Assembly (NCBI GenBank): GCA_029856105.1 | Contig: JAHQWH010000217.1 | Location: 1-14,923, forward strand | Source of the DNA: Promethearchaeia archaeon | GTDB taxonomy: Archaea > Asgardarchaeota > Lokiarchaeia > Sigyniarchaeales > SOKP01 | DNA: 14,923 nucleotides | Direction of reading: 5' to 3' | In this document: positions 7,916 to 14,923 of the stretch, piece by piece | How the letters are laid out: each line of letters starts with the position of its first letter | How positions within the stretch are numbered: position 1 is the stretch's first letter | The notes under the pieces: generated by a model | What the model was told of the DNA's origin: nothing | What the model saw: only the letters and a program-made list of their open reading frames with translations | The model's database searches: none | Program-made: the position numbers and the translations under genes

Positions 7916-9802
7916 ATGAGCGATTTTCAAAAATTCCTAATAGATAAGGGAATAATTTCAAACTTAAAAACTCGATATGAAATCGATTTAAAAGATAATG
8001 TAGTAAACGATTTCATCCATAATATAGCCAAAAATTTAATTAAGATTGAATCCAAAGAAATTCATGATTTGGATATCCTATCTAAATCTTACGAAAAGAT
8101 TATTCCCCATTCCCAAAGAAAAACAATGGGTGAGTTTTTCACTCCCATTCAAATCGTTGATTACATAATAAAGAGAGTTGGCTACACAGAACAGCAAGAT
8201 ATTGAAAATAAAAAATTAATAGATTTAAGTTGTGGTTTAGGGAGTTTTTTAATTAGAGCTGTAAAGGTTCTCTTAGAAAAATTGAGAAAGCAAATTAAAT
8301 CGAAAGAAAATTCAGAGTTAACTCCTAAACAAGCAAAGGAAATTATTAACAAAATTAAAGTGAATATCTCTGGTGTTGACATAAATCCAATTGCTTGTAT
8401 CTTATGCCAAATCAACTTTTACTATACGCTTTTTGAACTCATTAAAATTATTTTAAAAACAGATAAAGATTACCAAATACCCGTATTTAATATTTTCAAT
8501 AAAGATACTCTTCAATTAAATTTTAATAATAAATACGACTATGTAGTTGGAAATCCCCCATATTTATTTATCCGAGCGATTCCACATGATTATAAAAAAT
8601 TAATTGAAAAGCTCCCTTTGGAAACAAATAAGGGACAATTCGACTATTATCAACTGTTTACCGAAATAGGACTTCAAATATTAAAGCAAAATGGTTTACT
8701 TGGTTATATAATCCCTGATTCTCTACTCGCTCTATCAAATCGTAGAATTCTTAGAAAATATATATATGACTCAACTAAAATAAGGGAAATTTATTATTGC
8801 GGTCCGCAATTCGATGAACCCGTCGTTTCAAATATTATACTTGTTTTAGAAAAAGAATCAGATGAAATAAAGAGGAAAAATAATCAAATCATATTAAAAT
8901 TTCCATTAGATCAATCTCAAGATGATAATGTAATTTTTCAAAATGTAATTGAAAAATGGAATTATCGATTTCTAATCAATTTAAATGACCAGGATAGAGA
9001 AATTATCGAGTTTTTGAATATAAATTTTCCAGAATTAAATGATTTAAATGTTAATCCAAATTTTAAAATTGATATATGGAGGGGCGTTGAATTAGGTAAA
9101 AGTGGAAATGTCATATTCTGTAATACTTGTAATAAATATTTTCCTCTTCCAAAAAATAATTATATTTGCAAAGAATGTAAATCAGAATTAAACAATGATT
9201 CTATAGAAAGCATAATAGTAAAAAGTACTAAAGGCGATTTAAAAAAAAATTATAAACCATTTCTCTATTCTATTAATCGATACCAAGTTAAAGATTTAAA
9301 ATATATTGATACAACTAAACAAGGCATTAATTACAAGGAGTTAAATCGCTACGCAAATCGCGTAATAGTAAGACAATTAGCACAAAATAGCTTAATATGT
9401 GCTACTTATGATAAGGGTTCATTGACTTCACAATCACTTTACAACTTAAAAATAATTAAATCTCCTATTAGAGAATTTAATAATTATTACCTTCTAGGGC
9501 TTTTAAATTCGCAATTATTAGCGTTTTACTTTATTAAATCATTTGGCTCTTATAAAAAACTATTCCCAAGGATTCTTATAGAGAATTTAAAAAGGTTGCC
9601 TATAGTAGTTCCTGAAAGCGATATTGAAAAGAAGCTTTCAAGAGAAATTATAATACTCGTTAAAACCATCTTGAAATTAGATAAATTTGATACAGAACAC
9701 TATACTAATTTACAAAATAAAATTAATTCACTTGTTTTCGATCTTTATCGGATAACAAATGAGCAATGTAATTATATATCTGAAGTTTTGAAGAATTTAT
9801 GA
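7916..9802 (+). CDS. N6-adenine DNA methyltransferase, gamma class (TaqI/Eco57I-like) with C-terminal target-recognition domain
   Basis: GEFFTP (motif X), DLSCGLGSFL (motif I), GVDINP, VVGNPPY (motif IV), G.LGYIIPDS. The C-terminus has YLLGLLNS and LKRLPI. No recognisable nuclease domain. Confidence 0.9.
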   Translation: MSDFQKFLIDKGIISNLKTRYEIDLKDNVVNDFIHNIAKNLIKIESKEIHDLDILSKSYEKIIPHSQRKTMGEFFTPIQIVDYIIKRVGYTEQQDIENKKLIDLSCGLGSFLIRAVKVLLEKLRKQIKSKENSELTPKQAKEIINKIKVNISGVDINPIACILCQINFYYTLFELIKIILKTDKDYQIPVFNIFNKDTLQLNFNNKYDYVVGNPPYLFIRAIPHDYKKLIEKLPLETNKGQFDYYQLFTEIGLQILKQNGLLGYIIPDSLLALSNRRILRKYIYDSTKIREIYYCGPQFDEPVVSNIILVLEKESDEIKRKNNQIILKFPLDQSQDDNVIFQNVIEKWNYRFLINLNDQDREIIEFLNINFPELNDLNVNPNFKIDIWRGVELGKSGNVIFCNTCNKYFPLPKNNYICKECKSELNNDSIESIIVKSTKGDLKKNYKPFLYSINRYQVKDLKYIDTTKQGINYKELNRYANRVIVRQLAQNSLICATYDKGSLTSQSLYNLKIIKSPIREFNNYYLLGLLNSQLLAFYFIKSFGSYKKLFPRILIENLKRLPIVVPESDIEKKLSREIIILVKTILKLDKFDTEHYTNLQNKINSLVFDLYRITNEQCNYISEVLKNL

Positions 9803-9862
9803 TCGTTCAAGCTTCGATAAAATTTGATAGATATTTGAATTGAGTAATTAAGAAAACGATTA

Positions 9863-10015
9863 TTAAACTATTTCTTTTTTTGCTACATATGTTTTCAAAA
9901 TTCTGTCCCATTTTTCGGCCAGATCAGTTAGCCCAGTTTTTTTAAAGAGATCAACAGCTCTAAATAAAATTTTTTCAATTTGCTTATCTTCAATCAAGTC
10001 GTTATTCAAATGCAT
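9863..10015 (-). CDS. 50-aa microprotein, paralogue B (likely start ATG 10015 rather than 10045)
   Basis: MHLNNDLIEDKQIEKILFRAVDLFKKTGLTDLAEKWDRILKTYVAKKEIV. Similarity to the upstream 50-aa ORF supports coding status and the shorter start. Confidence 0.75.
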   Translation of the reverse strand: MHLNNDLIEDKQIEKILFRAVDLFKKTGLTDLAEKWDRILKTYVAKKEIV

Positions 10016-10156
10016 ATTGTCTATCATAAAAAATAAAAGAAACATATCGAATAAAAAAAAGAATAATATTGTGATATAACTCTGAAAATATCGTTTTTGG
10101 AATAAAACGAGAGAACTTCCTTAAGAATCGACAAAAAATAATTCTGAACCATTTAA

Positions 10157-10309
10157 TTATTTTCGTAATGTTTTTGCTTTGTCGTAGTTCTTTAGAACTT
10201 GTTCTCCTTTTTTTGATAGGTCAGTAAGATCTGTTTGTTTGCATAGAGAAACTATACGACCTAGAATTTTTGCAATGTTTTCCTCGTGCTTTAAAAAATT
10301 TTCTTCCAT
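10157..10309 (-). CDS. 50-aa microprotein, paralogue A (not in the ORF track)
   Basis: Manual translation: MEENFLKHEENIAKILGRIVSLCKQTDLTDLSKKGEQVLKNYDKAKTLRK. It shares 19 of 39 identical residues, ungapped, with the 9863..10015 product. Confidence 0.75.
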   Translation of the reverse strand: MEENFLKHEENIAKILGRIVSLCKQTDLTDLSKKGEQVLKNYDKAKTLRK

Positions 10310-10457
10310 ACTACAAAAATCAATGCAAATTTAAAAATAAATAAGTTTATGTCATGGAGATACTCAGAGTTTAGAAATAACTTCTTGTAACAATTTTCTA
10401 ATAGCTATATTTATATTTTTTAAATCTAATATAATTTTAAGAAAACTACCAACAAAG

Positions 10458-11444
10458 TTGAATTCTATGGAAGGTCTGCCCAATATCGATTTAATTCAGT
10501 CATTATTAGAAAATTACATGTTCGATGTAGATGGTGCCGCAGCGGTGGCAATTTGCGATAGAGACGGTTTTATCATCGCCTCAGAAAGTAAAGAGAAAGG
10601 AAGTCACGAATCAGATTTAGTAATTGGAGCAATTTCAGCATTTCTTGATATCTACATTGATAGAATTAAAAGCGAATATAAAACCCAGAGCAATTTTTTT
10701 AATATAACCTCAATGCAAGATAAAAAATTTGCGTATTGTTCCATGGGACCACATTGCATATTGACTACGATCGCTGATCCAACTACGTCGAATACAGAAC
10801 TAAGGATTTATTCGGAATATATTGCCGGTAAGGTTGAATTGATTCTTGATGGTTTCGATAATGTATCTACAGATATACCCGAAATTATCCGTGTTTTATC
10901 AACAAGAAGAGAAGGTAAGCTACCGAAGGGTCAATTTACGGCAAAACTCATTCTAAATGGCGATTTTAAAGTTGGAAAAACATCTTTAATTAAGAGATTT
11001 GTCGAAAATAATTTCAGTGAAACATATATCTCAACGATTGGCGTTGAGATTTCTAAGAAATCCGTTGTAATGGACGAAGATACAAGCATTAATTTCGTCC
11101 TATGGGATATTGGAGGTCAAATAGGCTCAATGGCACCTTATAGACAGAGATTTTACGAAGGAGCAAGCGCAGCTTTCATAGTGATTGATAGAACCCGTCC
11201 AAATAATCTAGAAAGCGTTAAGACATGGTATAAGGACATCAAAACTTCTGTATCGAGAGATATACCCGTCGTGATAGTTGGAAATAAATCGGATTTACAA
11301 GAAGAGGTCGTAATTAGCGAAGAAGAGATAAAGGTTGTTGCTAAACAATTAGGTTTTCACCACATTTTAACTTCTGCCCGAACAGGCGAAAATGTCAACG
11401 AGGCTTTCCTTTATATTGCCTACAGATTTATTGAAAAAGCGTAG
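10458..11444 (+). CDS. Roadblock/LC7-domain + Ras-superfamily (Rab-like) small GTPase fusion
   Basis: The N-terminus has a roadblock pattern (DVDGAAAVAICDRDGFIIAS...LVIGAISA). The C-terminus has G1 GDFKVGKT, G2 YISTIGVE, G3 WDIGGQ, G4 NKSD and G5 TSART. Start is either TTG 10458 or ATG 10467. Confidence 0.92.
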   Translation: MNSMEGLPNIDLIQSLLENYMFDVDGAAAVAICDRDGFIIASESKEKGSHESDLVIGAISAFLDIYIDRIKSEYKTQSNFFNITSMQDKKFAYCSMGPHCILTTIADPTTSNTELRIYSEYIAGKVELILDGFDNVSTDIPEIIRVLSTRREGKLPKGQFTAKLILNGDFKVGKTSLIKRFVENNFSETYISTIGVEISKKSVVMDEDTSINFVLWDIGGQIGSMAPYRQRFYEGASAAFIVIDRTRPNNLESVKTWYKDIKTSVSRDIPVVIVGNKSDLQEEVVISEEEIKVVAKQLGFHHILTSARTGENVNEAFLYIAYRFIEKA

Positions 11445-11509
11445 ATTAATCGATAGAAACTTTTTTAATTTTCACACATATTCTTATTATTGTAAGATTA
11501 GCATCAAGT

Positions 11510-12481
11510 TTGTTAAATATTTGTATAGAAATAAATAAAGGAGGTTATAAAAAAATAGTATTAAAGGTTTTATTCAACGACATTTTGGCGACTTGAAATC
11601 AATCAGGCTATTTAATGGGGTTTTCGATAAAAGAATTGACATACCAAGGAAAATATTTGCTATTTTTGACAGAACAGCAGTTTGCCGGGCCATGGTTCAG
11701 TTTTAAATTGATAGGTGAAAAAATTGGCACTATTCCTGTTGTGTTAAAAAATATTGAGCCAACGCCGATCTATAAAATGGTAAACAGCCGGACCGGAACT
11801 GTGATCGACCGTATAACACTAGATTTTGACATAAAAGAATACTTAAAAATATTAATAAGAGAAAAGAAAATTCAACCGATTACATTTAAAAAAGAAAATT
11901 CTTCGATACGGTTATATATCGACGTCTTTAATCGTCCAAAAGTCCCTTACGTCAACACATTTTTCACGTTAAAGAATATTTCCGATTTCAGCTTAATTGA
12001 CTTCTCGATGTACTTTGTGTTTGACTTTGACATCAACGGATTAGAAGGTTTCGATAACGACTTATCTGGTTATGACGAGGAAAACGATATACTTTACCAA
12101 TACGACCATACAAGCTTATATGCTGGCTTTTCTCCTATATCAAAATCGACGAATTACGAAACTTGTTTAACCAAAGACTTTAAAATTAATAACGAAAGAT
12201 TAAATCTGTCAAATACTTTACACATAGAGGCTGGAGAAATCTTATCGGCTTTGCAAATTGAATTCAAAACTCTAAAACCAGACCAATCGTTTCAAACGGC
12301 CCTAACTATTTCTGGAGCTTTAAAAAAAGAAGAATTAATTGAAAACATTAACGAAGGTAAAAATAACGCGATGAAATTTTTGTCGCAAGTAAACAGATCG
12401 GTAAAATCAGAGCAAAGAAACATACAAGAAGAAGCTTTCATAAAAATCAATCTCCAAAAAGCAGTTGATTGTAACGAATAA
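11510..12481 (+). CDS. Candidate selenoprotein (in-frame UGA at 11594-11596) with a beta-supersandwich-like body; the ORF track calls only 11615..12481
   Basis: The 288-aa body is clearly coding. The same frame is open from 11450 to 11593, has one TGA, then six sense codons into ATG 11615, giving ...KKIVLKVLFNDILAT-U-NQSGYLMGFSIKEL. A SECIS-like hairpin follows the stop codon. The start is uncertain: TTG 11510, or ATA 11555 downstream of AAGGAGGT. Confidence 0.7.
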
Positions 12482-12558
12482 GTCCTATATAATGATTCAA
12501 ATAAAAAAGTCCGATTAGGGAAGTTATTTGATGAATGCTCCGCGAGAGTTGGGATTTA
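12479..12558 (+). ncRNA. Eukaryote-type SECIS-like element (cis-acting 3'-UTR RNA structure)
   Basis: AUGAU at 12492-12496 faces UGAA at 12532-12535, forming a tandem G.A core. A perfect 8-bp stem pairs UCAAAUAA (12497-12504) with UUAUUUGA (12524-12531). Unpaired AAAA lies at 12505-12508, followed by an apical UCC/GGA mini-stem. A 9-bp basal helix pairs 12479-12487 with 12550-12558. Confidence 0.72.
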
Positions 12559-12619
12559 CTATAATTAAATTAATGATTATTGAATTTATTTAAGGATAGA
12601 TATTCGATGTTTGACTATA

Positions 12620-13693
12620 TCAATTATTTTTTTGCTCTAATTCAAATTTACTATAATTTACAGTAAATTTATTACCATTTTTGCTATAATTTTTTATGGA
12701 AAATAATAAGAATTCAATTTCTTGTTTTGTAATAACTGGAAACTTATAGTTATTCGCTTGATATTTAGGTTCCTTTCCTGATTTCTTATAACTTTCTATA
12801 AATTCAATATGACTTTTAATTCGGTTACTGTTAATCGATTGAGTGGTACTTTTTAGTTCTTTAAGATTGAGTTTAAAGCCCTCTAAAAATTCAGAATTAA
12901 TCTCGTACCCTATAGAATTTCTCCCAGATACCATCGCAGCGAGAGTAGTTGTACCTGTCCCCCAAAAAGGATCTAAAACTGTGTCTCCATAAATAGAGAA
13001 CATATTAATCAATCTATATGGCAACTTTAAAGGAAATGCTGCTGATCGTTCTCTTATTTTTTTTTTATTTTCATTTGTATTATTCAATTTTTGGGACATC
13101 CCTCTAATATCTACCCACAAATCTGAAAACCATTTATTTCTTTCTTCCCAAAAATAAGCGCTATTATATCTATGTTCAAACCCAGGAGGTAGCTTTCTTT
13201 TTTTATCCCCTTTTCTAAAAATTAATATATATTCGTGTTCAAGGGTTATGTATGCATTTGTTGGCAACATACCTGATCCTAAGAATTTAGTAGGGCTATT
13301 TGTTGGTTTTCTCCATAGAATGCATGGTAAAACTATAAATCCATTGTTTTGAAAAAAAGTAGTTATTCTAACGTGGTTAGTAAATAGTTGAAAATTTTTA
13401 TCAATATTTCTTGTAGCATCTCCAACATTGATACATACAATTCCCCCCGGTTTCACCACTCTCACAACTTCATTCCAAATCTTTTCTAATTCTTCATGCA
13501 TAAGATTAAAAGCGTTAATACCGTCTCCCTCTTGAAGGGATTGTTTTATATCTTCGTTTAGAGTTGAAAATAATGCATCCCACATTTCTATCATAGGGTA
13601 AGGGGGCGAAGTTATTACCAAATCAACTGTGTCTGATTTTACTTCGCTCATATCAGAAGAATTCTTAAAAAAAAATTTGTGAACAGTTTCCAT
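12620..13693 (-). CDS. N4-cytosine DNA methyltransferase, beta class, MthZI/Zim-like (likely start ATG 13693; ORF track gives 13720)
   Basis: DLVITSPPYPMIEMWD (motif IV) precedes VLDPFWGTGTT (motif I). Blocks KFLGSGMLP.NAYITLEHEYILIFRK and SAYFWEERN.WFSD.W resemble, from memory, the archaeal CTAG-specific M.MthZI family. Confidence 0.88.
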   Translation of the reverse strand: METVHKFFFKNSSDMSEVKSDTVDLVITSPPYPMIEMWDALFSTLNEDIKQSLQEGDGINAFNLMHEELEKIWNEVVRVVKPGGIVCINVGDATRNIDKNFQLFTNHVRITTFFQNNGFIVLPCILWRKPTNSPTKFLGSGMLPTNAYITLEHEYILIFRKGDKKRKLPPGFEHRYNSAYFWEERNKWFSDLWVDIRGMSQKLNNTNENKKKIRERSAAFPLKLPYRLINMFSIYGDTVLDPFWGTGTTTLAAMVSGRNSIGYEINSEFLEGFKLNLKELKSTTQSINSNRIKSHIEFIESYKKSGKEPKYQANNYKFPVITKQEIEFLLFSIKNYSKNGNKFTVNYSKFELEQKNN

Positions 13694-13760
13694 TGTCAAA
13701 TTATAGTCTTCAATATGCATTTTGTTGCATATAATTAGCTCTTCGGATTTATTAAAACTT

Positions 13761-14861
13761 TTAGTCCTCGATTTGCAAAAAATAACCTACAATACGCAAC
13801 TTATTATTAAAGCGATTTAATTCTGTAATAATTCCTTTGAGTCCCTTGGCATCGTGAACTACTGTTTTATCAAAAAGAATCTTAACAATTCCACTCTTAC
13901 CGGGAGTTAATTCTTGACCTTCAATAAATTTGAGAGGAGATAATTTTAAGCCTACTAAACCGTAATACTGAACTCCGTCGCCTGGTTTTATTGATCCCTC
14001 TTTGGGCGCATAATATTGATTTATAAAAACCTTAGCTTTTATTTCATGTTCTTGTTTAAAAACTCCAGGACTAACTAAAAGATTATCTCGACTAAGATCG
14101 TTTGGTGAAATATTCCCCTTTAAGGCAAGGCCGACTCTATCGCCCTCGTAGGCAACTTTAAAGGTTCTATCGTGTTTCTGTATGCTTCGAATTATTACCT
14201 TTTTTACTGCTGCTTCGTAACCTACTATTTCGAGCATTTGACCAATTTGAACCTTTCCTTGCTTTACTATTCCAAGTATCACCGTTCCTATACCCTTAAC
14301 GGGAAATACATGATCAATGAGTATCTTAGTATTATCTTCGGAATTTGGCTCTTTTTCCAGAAGTTCAAAGCCAAGATCTATAATTTTCTTCTTTAAATTT
14401 TCGTAATCCTCTTTAATTTTTAACTCGAATATTTCAGTATCGTTCAAACTGGTGCTCTTCAAAATTGTTTCGAGCTTCTTTCTTACCTCAGGCAGCCTCC
14501 ACTCCGTTTTCGAATTTATCCCAGCTATTACTATTAAAGTTTTAGTTTTAAAGAGTTGGTAAAATAAATCCATCCCTACTAAGATTTCTCCAATAGAAGC
14601 ATTTAACCCCGCATTTAAGTCTATAACAAGAATATGAATATTAGATATAACTAGAGTTTGTAAAAGCGGTTTAATTTTTTCGGGATAGTCGATTGGTGTT
14701 AACCCACAAAACACTTGATTTAGGCTTACATCCAAACGATTGTAAAATAGAATATCTGACTTTGTTCCGGGGGAACCTAACGCTTGCCCTATTAGATTAT
14801 TAATATCAAAATTATCCCCTAAGATTCCCACAATAAAATTTCTTTCAATTGCTTCACTCAT
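13761..14861 (-). CDS. Archaeal SelB-like protein (aSelBL / SelB-II): degenerate G domain plus EF-Tu-like domains II and III
   Basis: Domain II signature IDHVFPVKGIGTVILG.VKQG...IRSIQKHD.....A..GDRVGLALK. The N-terminus LGSPGTKSDI.FY...YPEKIKPLLQ lacks canonical GHxDxGKT, DxPG and NKxD motifs. At 366 aa it has no SelB domain IV. Confidence 0.85.
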   Translation of the reverse strand: MSEAIERNFIVGILGDNFDINNLIGQALGSPGTKSDILFYNRLDVSLNQVFCGLTPIDYPEKIKPLLQTLVISNIHILVIDLNAGLNASIGEILVGMDLFYQLFKTKTLIVIAGINSKTEWRLPEVRKKLETILKSTSLNDTEIFELKIKEDYENLKKKIIDLGFELLEKEPNSEDNTKILIDHVFPVKGIGTVILGIVKQGKVQIGQMLEIVGYEAAVKKVIIRSIQKHDRTFKVAYEGDRVGLALKGNISPNDLSRDNLLVSPGVFKQEHEIKAKVFINQYYAPKEGSIKPGDGVQYYGLVGLKLSPLKFIEGQELTPGKSGIVKILFDKTVVHDAKGLKGIITELNRFNNKLRIVGYFLQIED

Positions 14862-14923
14862 TTGTCTTATTAAATATTTTAAACATCAAAAACTTTTTGG
14901 AATCACGCTTGAATAAAAGTAAC

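Noticed and set aside
8182-8415. 77-aa minus-strand ORF
   Set aside because: Antisense to the adenine methyltransferase.
9800-9820. Possible Sec read-through of the adenine MTase TGA stop
   Set aside because: Only five codons follow before TAA, the protein is complete, and I see no SECIS-like structure downstream.
9863-10309. Single frameshifted or pseudogenised gene spanning both small ORFs
   Set aside because: The two ORFs are homologous to each other, equal in length, and each has its own ATG and TAA. This fits a tandem duplication better than a broken gene.
12590-12622. Possible read-through of the m4C MTase TGA stop using the 12479-12558 hairpin
   Set aside because: The AUGA/GA core exists only on the plus strand, the extension would be nine codons, and the MTase is already complete.
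14172-14396. 74-aa plus-strand ORF
   Set aside because: Antisense to aSelBL, with composition typical of a shadow ORF.
13761-14861. Canonical selB/eEFSec call
   Set aside because: Lacks intact G1/G3/G4 motifs and domain IV; it matches the aSelBL subfamily instead.
1-14923. CRISPR arrays, tRNA/rRNA genes, IS elements, integrases
   Set aside because: No regular repeat-spacer arrays, GC-rich structural RNA genes, transposase or integrase motifs, or terminal inverted repeats were seen by eye.

Overview
AT-rich archaeal chromosomal window, most likely Asgard/Lokiarchaeia (inferred from a roadblock-small GTPase fusion and membrane-anchored longin-like proteins). Contents, left to right: a methyl-transfer module (partial corrinoid protein, divergent non-pyrrolysine MttB-family methyltransferase, coupled PLP trans-sulfuration-family lyase); a GPH/MFS transporter; a 70-aa hypothetical; two tandem 7-TM + longin-like paralogues; an orphan N6-adenine DNA methyltransferase with a Zn-ribbon insertion; two tandem 50-aa paralogous microproteins (one missing from the ORF track); a roadblock-Rab-like GTPase; a hypothetical beta-sandwich protein; an MthZI-like m4C methyltransferase; and an aSelBL (SelB-like) factor. 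The main finding is that the hypothetical at 11615..12481 looks like a truncated call of an unrecognised selenoprotein. Its frame continues upstream through a single in-frame TGA (11594-11596) into 48 more open codons. Directly after its stop codon lies a eukaryote-type SECIS-like hairpin (AUGA/GA core, 8-bp stem, apical A-run). All calls come from reading the sequence; no database searches or folding programs were run.
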